Below, in pieces: positions 1 to 9,694 of a DNA stretch of 64,000 nucleotides; position 1 is the stretch's first letter, and each line of letters opens with the position of its first letter. The position numbers and the translations under genes were made by a program. A model generated the notes under the pieces. That model was not told the origin of the DNA, ran no database searches, and saw only the letters and a list, made by a program, of their open reading frames with translations. This stretch comes from a virus, in the IMG/VR virus record IMGVR_UViG_3300004097_003605, positions 610-64,609 of that record, one strand, 5' to 3'.

Positions 1-887
1 TGGTCGCGGCTGAAGGTCTGATTTCCCCAACGGCCGGTGACGAGAATCTTTGCTGTGAATTTCGTGTCGAGCACGATCAGGTGACCAGACGGCCGATGCT
101 GCAGGGCCAGGTCCGGTCTCATCGCCGGAAGAAACTCGGTCATTCCTTCTGCTGGCCACGCGAATGGCGGTTGCGAAGTGACCGTCCAGTCGCGGAGGTG
201 GTAGTTGTAGAACCGGGCGACGAAACGCTCGTAGGTGTCGTAGAGAGTGAACGCGTCCCGATCGAGTTGCGGCAATCCCGTAAAGCCCGAGTCCTCAGTC
301 GGCATTTGCCTCTTGCTCAGGAGAAAACAGATTGCGAGCATCAGTCGATAGTCGACATCGTGCCGATGTAATTGTTCCCGACGGATGTCGGACACCTTCA
401 GTTCGATCAGGTCGACTGCTTCCATCTCACGGACGATCCGTCGCAGCCGACCTCGCAATCCGTCGGCTGTTCGTCCATCTGTGCCGAACTGGCCAACCTG
501 AACCATCCGCGCGAGTGTGCTTCGCACGATCTGGTTCCTGGGGACATTGGCACTGAAGACCTGAAACTGGCAGTACGCTCGCCCATGTTGAAACGCCAGT
601 CGTTTCAGGCTTTCATTGAAGTCAACACGGCCGCGAATGCCCGCAATCTCGGCTGCGTGCGGCCGGTAGTCCCGCCCAAGACCAATGCGGATCCGTTGTT
701 GGATCAGATTCGCGAGAATCGTCGACAGTAGAGCGTCCAAAGTTGGGGCATTCTCGACTTCGGATTTCCAGTGGGACTTCAAATGCACGACGTCCCAGGC
801 ATACAGCAGCATGTGCCAGAGATTCCGAACCGGAATTCCGGTCTTCGTCAGCTGAACTTCCTGTGTTGAACACTCCATTTCGATCAT
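1..887 (-). CDS. mcrC: McrC family restriction endonuclease subunit (3' end runs off the window)
   Basis: Manual translation from the ATG at 887 (ATGA overlap with the mcrB stop) gives MIEMECSTQEVQLTKTGIPVRNLWHMLLYAW...RPDLALQHRPSGHLIVLDTKF, with the McrC N-terminal motif and a PD-(D/E)xK motif. The frame is open to base 1, so it is absent from the ORF track. Confidence 0.88.
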   Translation of the reverse strand, partial: MIEMECSTQEVQLTKTGIPVRNLWHMLLYAWDVVHLKSHWKSEVENAPTLDALLSTILANLIQQRIRIGLGRDYRPHAAEIAGIRGRVDFNESLKRLAFQHGRAYCQFQVFSANVPRNQIVRSTLARMVQVGQFGTDGRTADGLRGRLRRIVREMEAVDLIELKVSDIRREQLHRHDVDYRLMLAICFLLSKRQMPTEDSGFTGLPQLDRDAFTLYDTYERFVARFYNYHLRDWTVTSQPPFAWPAEGMTEFLPAMRPDLALQHRPSGHLIVLDTKFTAKILVTGRWGNQTFSRD

Positions 888-2995
888 TTCGCAAGCAGCC
901 CTTCCTCGGCCTGTTCAACCCGTCTCGCATTGTCGAACCAGTACTCCTTGAGTAGCGGAACAATTTCACTGCGAACGACTCCTTCGAACCATGAACGGTC
1001 CAATCCAGAGAAGTCGTCGCCGCGCGGACAGAAGAAGCTGTGTCCGACCTGGTAGTTCTCGCCGAGCAAGGGATCGTCAGCAATCTCCTGATTCAAGGTG
1101 ATCATGCGCGTGGCCACCAGTTCCGCGAGCTCCGGCTGCATTTTTCGATCGGTCAGCCACTGGCGAAAAACTCGACTTGAGTACTGCGGCGTGAGCGTCA
1201 TGAAGGCGAATCTGCGGCGCAATGCATAATCAACGATAGCCAGCGATCGATCGGCAAGATTCATCAATCCAATCAGATGCACGTTGGCAGGCACGTAGAA
1301 CCGCGGCTCACCGTTATTCTGATAAACGAGCGGCACGGCGAACTCAGGTCCCCGCTTGTCTGCTTCGATGAGCATCAGTAACTCACCGAATATCTGACTC
1401 AGGTTTCCGCGATTGATCTCGTCAATGATGAAAACGAAATCGCGGTCGGGATCGCTCTGCGCTCGCTGGCAGAACTTGTAGAAGACGGCGTCCTGCAGCC
1501 CGAACGTTCCCGCCTGGTCTGGCAGTGGGCGATATCCCCGCACGAAGTCTTCGTACGAATACGTCTGGTGGAACTGGACCAGTTCCAGACGGTCATCTGC
1601 CTTCTCCTCCATCAGGGCGTATGCCAGTTTTCGCGCGATGAAGGTCTTGCCAACACCTGGAGCGCCTTGAAGGATCAGGTTCTTCTTTGCACGAAGTCGG
1701 TCAATCGCGTGGGCAATCTCGGCCTCGGGCAGAAATACACCCGAGGCGATGATGTCCTCGATGCTGTACGGTTCCCCTGAACTACCATCGTCATCATCGG
1801 GGTCCGGTTCGGGAACGTCGTCTGAGCTCCACCATCGCTGACAGAACCAGCCATAGTCCTGGCTCGCCCCGTTCCAGATAAAGTCGATTAACCGGCTCGA
1901 AAGATCGGTATGTCGGTAATCAGGATCAGTTCGCAGTCGCCAGATGGTTCGGCGGTCTGTGTAGAAATACCACTCCTTTGGCTTGAAGCCGGAGTCCCAT
2001 TCCACCTCCAGCGTTCTGCCATCGCCACGATTGGCGACGACAGTGCCAATCGCCTTGATTGACATTCGCGAAACCGTGTTGCCACGCGCGTCAAACGGCA
2101 GGTTCTTTTTCTGTGTCGAGGATGACTTAATAGCAATTTGATCCCCGACTTTGATTGAGCGGACTTCTTCGAGGTACTTGTTCGTGTAACCGTTCTGCCA
2201 AACACCTTCGTCGAGGAACCGCTCTGTCTGGTCGGGCGGATCGGAATCGTTCCAGTAGGCGCCAACGAGCCAGTAATTATTTCCAGCCGGCAACTTCTTG
2301 CCGGGCTTGTCATCTCCGGTGTTAGTGGAGAGCCAGGCTTCGCGGGAAACCTCAGGCAGAGGTTTCCCCTTCTTTGCGACACTTTTGACTGCATCAATGT
2401 AGAAGCTGGCAGACAGACCCTCGGAAGGCAGATCGATCTTGAGATAGTCCCGGTTAATGTTGTCCAGATTCAAGAACGTGTCAGGGCGAATCCAGAACAG
2501 TCCCATCGTGAGATTTGTAGCGACACCCCTGACATTGAGTGCCTCATCAAATGCCTCTGCGAATTCCGGACTGCCAATCGGATCGTCACTCAGCGCCAAT
2601 CGAAACACGCGCCAGAGGGCCGAGACATCGTCGCGACCACGCTTGTCCTGGTAGGAAATGAACCATGAATTCTGGTTGTTCACAACCGGAATGCCATTGA
2701 AGTCATCTGGAAGGGGCTTCTCTGCTCCGAGGAGCCTTTTGACCTCGGTGAGGATCGCCAGGCGTTCCTCGTTTCGAATCTGGCGGTTGAAGGAGCCAAG
2801 AAATGTGAAAGGGTCGATCTCCTTGATCAGAAACCGTTCACCGTCCTTGCCTTTGTCATTCAGCGGCGTGACCTTGATGCCATCCGAACGCAATTTATTG
2901 AGGCACTCGATGAGTTCAGGCTGTCGGTCTTCCCAGTCAAGAAGCAGACGGCCAATCTCTGTATAAAGCGGAATCCAGGTAAATGTATTTTCCAT
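884..2995 (-). CDS. mcrB: McrB family AAA+ GTPase with non-canonical N-terminal DNA-reading domains
   Basis: Walker A GAPGVGKT, QFHQTYSYEDFVRG, Walker B IIDEINRG, McrB signature MNLADRS; coupled to mcrC. Confidence 0.92.
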   Translation of the reverse strand: MENTFTWIPLYTEIGRLLLDWEDRQPELIECLNKLRSDGIKVTPLNDKGKDGERFLIKEIDPFTFLGSFNRQIRNEERLAILTEVKRLLGAEKPLPDDFNGIPVVNNQNSWFISYQDKRGRDDVSALWRVFRLALSDDPIGSPEFAEAFDEALNVRGVATNLTMGLFWIRPDTFLNLDNINRDYLKIDLPSEGLSASFYIDAVKSVAKKGKPLPEVSREAWLSTNTGDDKPGKKLPAGNNYWLVGAYWNDSDPPDQTERFLDEGVWQNGYTNKYLEEVRSIKVGDQIAIKSSSTQKKNLPFDARGNTVSRMSIKAIGTVVANRGDGRTLEVEWDSGFKPKEWYFYTDRRTIWRLRTDPDYRHTDLSSRLIDFIWNGASQDYGWFCQRWWSSDDVPEPDPDDDDGSSGEPYSIEDIIASGVFLPEAEIAHAIDRLRAKKNLILQGAPGVGKTFIARKLAYALMEEKADDRLELVQFHQTYSYEDFVRGYRPLPDQAGTFGLQDAVFYKFCQRAQSDPDRDFVFIIDEINRGNLSQIFGELLMLIEADKRGPEFAVPLVYQNNGEPRFYVPANVHLIGLMNLADRSLAIVDYALRRRFAFMTLTPQYSSRVFRQWLTDRKMQPELAELVATRMITLNQEIADDPLLGENYQVGHSFFCPRGDDFSGLDRSWFEGVVRSEIVPLLKEYWFDNARRVEQAEEGLLAK

Positions 2996-3096
2996 GCAGC
3001 ATCTGGTCCTGAAGCATCATTGTAGATCTCTTGAGTGCTGGTCGGATTGTACAGAACCGTCATCCTCACAGCACTTGGCTACGGATGCTATTAAAT

Positions 3097-3507
3097 TCAG
3101 TCTGCTGGCGACTCCTTCGCCTCACCCCACGCTCGCCGTTGCTTCCGCCAGTCGGGGATGGCGGCGATGGGTTGGAGTTGGCGGAGGTGGAGCGGGTCGC
3201 GGCCGGATTCGACCCGAGGCAGGAACAGCAGGTCTTCCTGGATGTCGGGAGCCAGCATCAGCAGATTCATGATCTGCGTGACCCGAGCCCGACTGACGTT
3301 GCCGAGGTGGGCGAGTTCGGACTGGTTGTCGATCTTTCCAGCCTTGATCAGTCCGTCGAAGCGGATTGCCAGCGCCATCAGGCGGGCGACTCGCGGAATG
3401 CGTCCGGACGGACGCGGTGTGTCGTCCGGCGGGCCGTCGACCAGAACGCGGCGGCCACGATTCTGTCGCTGGAAGTGGATCTCGGCTTCGACTCGAATCG
3501 GTTTCAT
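3097..3507 (-). CDS. Recombinase-associated hypothetical HTH protein
   Basis: 136 aa; overlaps the recombinase stop; HTH-like segment SELAHLGNVSRARVTQIMNLL. Confidence 0.75.
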   Translation of the reverse strand: MKPIRVEAEIHFQRQNRGRRVLVDGPPDDTPRPSGRIPRVARLMALAIRFDGLIKAGKIDNQSELAHLGNVSRARVTQIMNLLMLAPDIQEDLLFLPRVESGRDPLHLRQLQPIAAIPDWRKQRRAWGEAKESPAD

Positions 3508-5096
3508 GATGCGTCTTCCTCGTCAGTGAATTCCTCGGTCAGTGTCTGGATTCCATTGGGATGAAACGTGACGGCGACCTTGTTGCGGGCACCGTCGTAG
3601 TCGACCCGGGAAACCAGCAGGCTGATGACACGAACCTGTTCGCGGGGTGGCATGGATTCCCACAGCGGGTCAAACAGGGACATGGCCTGTGCGACTTCCT
3701 TCTGGTCCACGACCTTGTGACTGAGCGCGAGCGCCTTCTCACGAAGTTCGGTCATGCGTCGTTCGCCGTCGCGGATACGTTCCTGCAGGTCAGCCAGCCG
3801 ATCGACGGCGGGCGATGCCTGATCGCTCGGCTTCAACTGGTCGATCAGACGTCTCACTTCGTCATTCCAGCGAACGAGTTCCTGTTCGAGACCGTGGCGT
3901 TCGGCTTCCAGCCCTTTCACCAGTTCGTTGGCCTGCTCACGGGCCTGTGCGACGGTGTCGCGAATCAACTCTTCGTCTCGACCGACGCAGCGGATCTGGT
4001 CTACGACGAATCGTTCAATCTCAGTCGCGGGGATAGAGCGCGACGGGCATGTGTGCCATCCGCGTTTCTGCGCCGCCGAGCAGACGTAGTAGCGGTAGCG
4101 TTTCCCGTCCGGCTTCTTCGTGTGTGTCGGCACCATTGCCGCATCGCAGGGAACACAGCGCAGAATGCCCTTCAGTAGAGCGCCGAAGCGGTTCCGCACG
4201 AGCGCGCCGCCAGTGCGACCGTTGCGCTGGAGCAACGACTGCACGCGCTGCCAGGTTTCCGGGTCGACGATGCCAGCGTGCTCCCCTTCATGGATTTCGT
4301 CCTTGTACCGCAGTTTGCCGGTGTACGTCACATTGGTGAGCAACTTGTGCAGACTCGACTTCGTAAACGTCTTCCCGCCGCGTTCAGTGCCCTTGCGGGT
4401 GATCCATCGCTTGTTGAACCATCCGCGATTCTCAAGTTCCTGAATGACGGCAAGCAGTGAGCGGTGTTCGAGGTACAGCTCGTAGATTATTCCCACGCGC
4501 ACAGCCTCGTCCTCATTGACGATCAGCTTCGAGCCACGCGGATCGACGTCATAGCCCAGTATCGGCATGCCGCCTGACCATTTCCCCTTGCGTCGCGCTG
4601 CGGCAATCTTGTCTCGCGTCCGTTCCGAAATGATCTCGCGTTCGAACTGGGCGAAGGACAGCAGGATGTTAAGCGTCAATCTGCCCATCGAACTGGTCGT
4701 ATTGAAATTCTGCGTGACAGCGACAAACGACACGCCGTGCAGGTCGAACTTCTCCAGCATGCGTGAGAAATCCATCAGCGACCGACTGAGGCGATCGACC
4801 TTGTAAACGACCACGCAGTCGATTCGGTCGGCTTCAATGTCGGCCATCAGCCGCTTCAGCGCTGGGCGGTCCATGTTGCCGCCTGTGAATCCGCCGTCGT
4901 CGTACTTGTCGGCGACAAGTTCCCAGCCTTCCTGTACCTGGCTGAGAATGTACGCCTCACCGGACTCACGTTGAGCGTCGAGCGAATTGAATTCCTGGTC
5001 GAGGCCTTCCTCTGTCGACTTTCGCGTGTAGACGGCACATCGAATCTTCGCTGGCGGCTTTTCCCGGCCATTGCGACGTTGAGAGAACTGACTCAT
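3504..5096 (-). CDS. Large serine recombinase (resolvase + recombinase + Zn-ribbon + coiled coil)
   Basis: YTRKST catalytic Ser motif, VVYKVDRLSRS, Zn ribbon LRCVPC...YYVC, C-terminal coiled coil. Confidence 0.95.
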   Translation of the reverse strand: MSQFSQRRNGREKPPAKIRCAVYTRKSTEEGLDQEFNSLDAQRESGEAYILSQVQEGWELVADKYDDGGFTGGNMDRPALKRLMADIEADRIDCVVVYKVDRLSRSLMDFSRMLEKFDLHGVSFVAVTQNFNTTSSMGRLTLNILLSFAQFEREIISERTRDKIAAARRKGKWSGGMPILGYDVDPRGSKLIVNEDEAVRVGIIYELYLEHRSLLAVIQELENRGWFNKRWITRKGTERGGKTFTKSSLHKLLTNVTYTGKLRYKDEIHEGEHAGIVDPETWQRVQSLLQRNGRTGGALVRNRFGALLKGILRCVPCDAAMVPTHTKKPDGKRYRYYVCSAAQKRGWHTCPSRSIPATEIERFVVDQIRCVGRDEELIRDTVAQAREQANELVKGLEAERHGLEQELVRWNDEVRRLIDQLKPSDQASPAVDRLADLQERIRDGERRMTELREKALALSHKVVDQKEVAQAMSLFDPLWESMPPREQVRVISLLVSRVDYDGARNKVAVTFHPNGIQTLTEEFTDEEDAS

Positions 5097-5593
5097 TTCC
5101 GGTTCTCCCGGCGAAGGCGGAAGAACTGAAAGCCGTTGATGTGCGTGCCGGTAATCTTCTTCGCGGCGGCGCTGAGCGAACGGTAGACCTCGCCTTCGTA
5201 TTCGAACCCGCTGGTCAACACGCGGACCTGAACCGTACGGCCCTTGTACTCGCGAGACAGCACCGTTCCTGGCAGCGGTAATCGATCGTCGTGATCGAAC
5301 TGCACGTGAGTTGTGACCGTCTGCGCTTCCGGGTTTGTTGTGGCAGGTTTTGGACGCGGTGGCGCAAGGCGCAGATCGGCATCGTTCGCGAGTTCCTCTG
5401 CCCGCTGCCGCGCCCGTTCGGATAAGCCACCCTCGGCGATTTCCTGAATTCGCCAGACGATTCGCTTGATGAGCCAGGCCCGGTTGCCCGTCTTCGTTTG
5501 ATCACCAAAGACGTCTTCGTACTTTCGTCGCAGCTCCCGGACTGTCATCCGCTGCAGCGCCGAGATCTCTTTGCCCACATTCAATGACATCAC
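5093..5593 (-). CDS. DUF2924 domain protein (recombinase accessory)
   Basis: LPGTVLSREYKG...YRSLSAAAKKITGTHING pattern; directly upstream of the recombinase. Confidence 0.85.
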   Translation of the reverse strand: MMSLNVGKEISALQRMTVRELRRKYEDVFGDQTKTGNRAWLIKRIVWRIQEIAEGGLSERARQRAEELANDADLRLAPPRPKPATTNPEAQTVTTHVQFDHDDRLPLPGTVLSREYKGRTVQVRVLTSGFEYEGEVYRSLSAAAKKITGTHINGFQFFRLRRENRK

Positions 5594-5639
5594 ATGCCTC
5601 CGTTTGAGAAATCGATCGCATCACACGATCTCGAAACCG

Positions 5640-5828
5640 TTAACCGTCGTGGTCACTGAGCACGGTTTCGGACGAAAGCTCAAGGCATGTCGTGTCGGAC
5701 GCGGGCGACTCCCGTTGTTCGAGGATCAACCGGCAACGCTGTCGCAGAATGACAGCAGAGAAGATCGCAGCCAGCTCGGTTCGACGTTCTTCCGACGTCA
5801 TCAGTACGGGGTCATCTGTCATGAGCAT
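5640..5828 (-). CDS. Small hypothetical protein, first gene of the recombinase operon
   Basis: 62 aa, AGGA RBS (true start may be 5822), co-oriented with the DUF2924 gene. Confidence 0.6.
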   Translation of the reverse strand: MLMTDDPVLMTSEERRTELAAIFSAVILRQRCRLILEQRESPASDTTCLELSSETVLSDHDG

Positions 5829-5916
5829 CCTGCTGTGAGTCTGGCGGCGCGCAGGGCGATCTCAGTTCAGCGATGCGGCAGCCAGCTCGGTTTCAGCGTT
5901 TATTCGTTCGCCCTGT

Positions 5917-5951
5917 CTGTAGACCTACCCGGTCGGAGATCGAACTGACGA
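5917..5951 (-). promoter_or_regulatory. Phage promoter motif, copy A (TCGTCA-N13-CCGGGTAGGTCTACAG)
   Basis: Identical blocks and spacing to the copies at 9695 and 23318; points into the recombinase operon. Confidence 0.75.
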
Positions 5952-5960
5952 ATTCGATCT
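5937..5960. promoter_or_regulatory. Perfect 8-bp inverted repeat AGATCGAA-N8-TTCGATCT, candidate operator
   Basis: Seen directly; overlaps the TCGTCA block of copy A in the divergent region before lexA. Confidence 0.45.
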
Positions 5961-6129
5961 CGCGAAAGTGACCGGCTCGTTCAGTCGCCGACGATTGTTG
6001 CCGAAGACGCCCGCCGGCGAGGGCGGCGATTCGGCGGCTAAAATACTTGTTCAATTGACCTGATAGATATGCGGGCTAAAATGCCGCCAATCAATGGACA
6101 GCAGAAAAAGGCGATGAAAGGACAGTTCT

Positions 6130-6792
6130 GTGGCGGGACAGCGTGCGCGTCGTGGTCGACGCCCAATATCCGGACTCACCGAGCCCCAGCAGAAGACGCT
6201 GGCAGCGGTGCAGGAATGGCTTGCGCGCAATCATGTCCCGCCGACGATGCAGGAACTGGCGGACGCGTTGGGAATCGCTCCCGCCAGTGTGCATGAGCAG
6301 ATCACACAGCTCGTGCGCAAAGGTTATCTGCATCGGGAACCGCGCAAGGCCCGCAGCCTGACTGTGGTCAGGCAGGTGCCCCCCGATCCGGCCGGACTCG
6401 TTTCGGTGCCGATCGTGGGCACGGTCGTTGCGGGCATGCCGCTGCTGGCGGAAGAAAACGTCGAAGGGGAAGTGCTGGTCGACGCGGCTCAGGTGCGTTC
6501 GGGCCGGCACTTCGCTCTGAGAGTTTCCGGTGACAGCATGCAGGATGCCGGCATGCAGACCGGAGACCTGGTCGTCGTCCGTCAACAGCCGGTGGCCGAG
6601 AACGGTGACATCGTGGTCGCACTGCTGGATGGCGAAGCGACCGTCAAACGACTGTCCATACAGGGGCACGAGATTGAACTGCGTCCCGAGAACTCCCGGT
6701 ATCGACCGATACCAGTGGCTCCGGATGCAGATCTTCGCGTGCTGGGCAAAGTCGTGGCGGTTCGCCGAATTCAGCAGGAACAGAACGAATGA
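6130..6792 (+). CDS. lexA: LexA-family repressor (prophage repressor)
   Basis: N-terminal wHTH (PPTMQELADALG), cleavage-site region VVAGMP, catalytic Ser in GDSM and Lys in TVKRL. Confidence 0.9.
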   Translation: MAGQRARRGRRPISGLTEPQQKTLAAVQEWLARNHVPPTMQELADALGIAPASVHEQITQLVRKGYLHREPRKARSLTVVRQVPPDPAGLVSVPIVGTVVAGMPLLAEENVEGEVLVDAAQVRSGRHFALRVSGDSMQDAGMQTGDLVVVRQQPVAENGDIVVALLDGEATVKRLSIQGHEIELRPENSRYRPIPVAPDADLRVLGKVVAVRRIQQEQNE

Positions 6793-8012
6793 CTCGATTT
6801 TCACTGCCAACCGTGCTGCGCATGGTTCCCAACCCGCTGCTGCGGGAATTCTTCATCCGGATGAACCTGGGCTCACTGCCCATCGACTGGGACGGTCTTC
6901 AGAAGCGGGAGATCGGTCCCATCCAGCAGGCTCTGGATGAACTCTCTGACGAGGACTTCGACCGGGTCGAATCGAATCTGCATGATGTCTGCGAGCTGTC
7001 ACGCGAGACCGGATTCAATGCACTGGTCGAAGCGGCAGCGGACGCTGGCGATTTCGATTTCGCCAACCGTCTGCCGGACAATGGCGGCTGGTATCACAAG
7101 GCGATGTGGGCCTGGTTGAATGAACCGGAACTTGTGCAGTCGGCGCTGGTGATTCACGAAGTTCAATCGCTGAGTCGCTGGCGGATACGCACCGATCTGC
7201 CTCACACGAATCCCGACACGTCGCCGGAAGCGGTTGAGCAATTGTCGCGTCAGCTGTCCGATCTGCTGGTCTGGGAACAGGGTCGCGGCCGGCACTGCAC
7301 GGTGGAAAAACTCAGTCGCAAGGGCGTCGAGTACTTTTTCGCGTGGCCTGACGATTTTGTGCAGAACGTCACGGTCCACGATTCGTCCGGACTGTTGCGA
7401 CCACGGATGATGCGGAAGACGTTTCAGATCGTCTTTGCGTTTTCGCCCGCCGACGGGACTCTCGAACTGCTGGCTCGCGTTCCGCCGAAAGTCCGCGACG
7501 GGATCGAAGCCGTCTTCGGCCGCGTGATGCTGGGTGTCGATCTGGCTCCGTGGAAACCGGAGACCGTGTATGACCTCGACGTGCTCAAGGACCCGCACTT
7601 CTCGCTGACCACCGATCCTGAAGATGCAGTCGAAGTTCGGATCCGGGCCATGCGGCTGTCGTTCCGAAACAGCCATCGCCGGATCACGCTGGAAGCCGAT
7701 CCCGACCGGACGCCAGACGACGTTTACCACATGATCGACGAGTGCCTGAACGATACGGGATGTCCGATGCACGCCGTGCATGTGACGCAGGTCACGTTCT
7801 GTTTTCAGTTTGCTCCTCGGAGCCGGACGCGCGGCGGAACGGTGACCTTCAACGTGACCTGGCCGAACTCATGCACCGTCCGCAGCGAACGGCCGGAACG
7901 AGTGGAGATCGTGCACAAGTACCTCAAGCGATGGGGAATCGAACGTGACGAGCAGTCTGTCGAGAGTGCTGCAGACGCTGGAGATGGAGCCAGCCCGGCT
8001 CTCGTCAACTGA
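6789..8012 (+). CDS. Conserved hypothetical protein, 407 aa
   Basis: Long ORF overlapping the lexA stop (ATGA); no motif recognised. Confidence 0.8.
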   Translation: MTRFSLPTVLRMVPNPLLREFFIRMNLGSLPIDWDGLQKREIGPIQQALDELSDEDFDRVESNLHDVCELSRETGFNALVEAAADAGDFDFANRLPDNGGWYHKAMWAWLNEPELVQSALVIHEVQSLSRWRIRTDLPHTNPDTSPEAVEQLSRQLSDLLVWEQGRGRHCTVEKLSRKGVEYFFAWPDDFVQNVTVHDSSGLLRPRMMRKTFQIVFAFSPADGTLELLARVPPKVRDGIEAVFGRVMLGVDLAPWKPETVYDLDVLKDPHFSLTTDPEDAVEVRIRAMRLSFRNSHRRITLEADPDRTPDDVYHMIDECLNDTGCPMHAVHVTQVTFCFQFAPRSRTRGGTVTFNVTWPNSCTVRSERPERVEIVHKYLKRWGIERDEQSVESAADAGDGASPALVN

Positions 8013-8892
8013 CGTCGAACGCTGGCTGTCGCCGTCACCAGCATGGATGAATGGAACTCGAGTTCTGGCAGCGGCGCAGCCGGCGCGTTCGCTGCCCTGT
8101 CCGCACTGCGCCGGAATCGGACGTGTTGCGCCGCTTGCGAAGTCACTGCTGCTGATGTGCCCCGAGTGCGGTCCGACGGGCATTGAGGCGTCGAGTCTCC
8201 AGCGATGGGACATCGACGTTCCCGCACTGCTCGCGCTTCTCAACAGCACAATAAACCTTCGCGGTCCAGCGACTGAACTTGTGACTGGCCGACTCTGGCG
8301 ATGGGGAACAGCCACGTGGAATGGCAGGTCGCGAGAGACCATGTTCGCCCGCAACTGGAAGGGACACGAGGCCAACATTCTCAATGAGATGGATCGCCGC
8401 CCGGCAGCTGTGGTCGTCGTTCCGACTGAAGCATCGGTTCGTCACTGGCCGTTTGCAGGATCGAAAGTCGTGGTCGCGCTGGAAAGCGTTCTTCTCGAAA
8501 CCAGCGATGGCCTCGAGTTCGATGCTGATCAGATCGCTGGCCGGTTTGAGGATGCGTCTGCGGACGAGCGATCTCGTCGGACTGCTCCAAAGAAACGTGG
8601 TGGCCGAGCCGCGAAGATCGAAAAGCTGGTTCACGAAATGCAGCGGCATCTCAATGCCGCGCGGAATCACGCTGCCGATACTCGGGAACGAACGGGTTCG
8701 CCTCGTCTGCTTCCACGACCTACGCAGGCCGAGTTGGCACACATGACAGGACTCAGCGAATCCGATGTCAGCCGCTGCCTGAAGGACGACAGCGCGGACG
8801 TTCTTCGCGTGCTCTGGGAAACAGCTGCTGATCTCAACGCCCTCGTATCGTGGAGCGGGGCCATTCGACCGCCGGTGGAAGTAGAGGACTAA
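7945..8892 (+). CDS. Hypothetical Zn-finger + C-terminal HTH protein
   Basis: CPHC...CPEC, and RPTQAELAHMTGLSESDVSRCL HTH-like segment. Confidence 0.75.
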   Translation: MTSSLSRVLQTLEMEPARLSSTDVERWLSPSPAWMNGTRVLAAAQPARSLPCPHCAGIGRVAPLAKSLLLMCPECGPTGIEASSLQRWDIDVPALLALLNSTINLRGPATELVTGRLWRWGTATWNGRSRETMFARNWKGHEANILNEMDRRPAAVVVVPTEASVRHWPFAGSKVVVALESVLLETSDGLEFDADQIAGRFEDASADERSRRTAPKKRGGRAAKIEKLVHEMQRHLNAARNHAADTRERTGSPRLLPRPTQAELAHMTGLSESDVSRCLKDDSADVLRVLWETAADLNALVSWSGAIRPPVEVED

Positions 8893-8900
8893 ACGTTGCA

Positions 8901-8933
8901 CTTGCAGTTGTCGCGTTTTCGTGCAACTGCAAG
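8901..8933. promoter_or_regulatory. Inverted repeat CTTGCAGTTG-N13-CAACTGCAAG (operator or hairpin) between the HTH gene and the sigma gene
   Basis: Perfect 10-bp arms seen directly; no clear U-tract. Confidence 0.5.
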
Positions 8934-9077
8934 ACGTGAAATCTCAAGACGGAAGTCTCAGCTGGGACACGCGTTGCGTCACCCGGCTGATTTTCTTTTC
9001 GCGTTTCGTGCCAGCCCCCCGGGGGCTGTCGTCGTGCACTGGGCACGACGGGAGTTCCACCCCGACGGAGTCACGAA

Positions 9078-9686
9078 ATGCTGCAGATCACTGACAATTC
9101 CACCGACCAACAAAGCCAGCCCCGCATTCCCGACAACTTCTCAACGTCGGTCGTTCGTCGCGCCGCCCGGCGCATGGTCGGGCGAGCCGGGTTCCAGTCC
9201 CATGACCGGGACGACATCGAACAGGAACTCTGGCTCAAGTTGCTACGCCATGCCGAGTCCTTTGACCCGAAGCGTGCCCACTGGCATGTCTTTGTGACGA
9301 CGGTCGTCAATCGCTACGCAGCGAACCTGCTGCGCGACCAGCGCGCTCTCAAACGCGACCGTGACCGGCTGGATTCGCTGCATGGCAAAGTGCGGGTCTC
9401 GGGCGAGGCACCGGTTGAACTCGGTGACTGTCTCGACACCACGGAAAAGAACCGCCATCGCGGACAGGTACCGCGTGATCAACTCGAGCAGGAATCGCTG
9501 GCCGTTGATGTCGCCTCACTGCTTGAAACGCTCAACCACGACGACCGCGACCTGGCCAGGCGATTGAGCGAAACGTCGATCTCTCAGGCGGCGCGCGAAT
9601 TGGGAGTCCCACGGACAACGCTCAATGACGCAGTTCGGCGACTGCGCCAGCGCTTCGAAGACGCAGCACTCCGAGACTGGCTTTGA
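9078..9686 (+). CDS. Phage-encoded sigma-70 family (ECF-like) sigma factor
   Basis: Region 2-like DDIEQELWLKLL...FVTTVVNRYAANLLR and region 4 HTH SISQAARELGVPRTTL; GGAG RBS. Confidence 0.85.
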   Translation: MLQITDNSTDQQSQPRIPDNFSTSVVRRAARRMVGRAGFQSHDRDDIEQELWLKLLRHAESFDPKRAHWHVFVTTVVNRYAANLLRDQRALKRDRDRLDSLHGKVRVSGEAPVELGDCLDTTEKNRHRGQVPRDQLEQESLAVDVASLLETLNHDDRDLARRLSETSISQAARELGVPRTTLNDAVRRLRQRFEDAALRDWL

Positions 9687-9694
9687 GAATCACT

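Noticed and set aside
6130-6792. lexA as the host SOS master regulator
   Set aside because: It is embedded in the phage control region and coupled to phage genes, so a prophage repressor is more likely.
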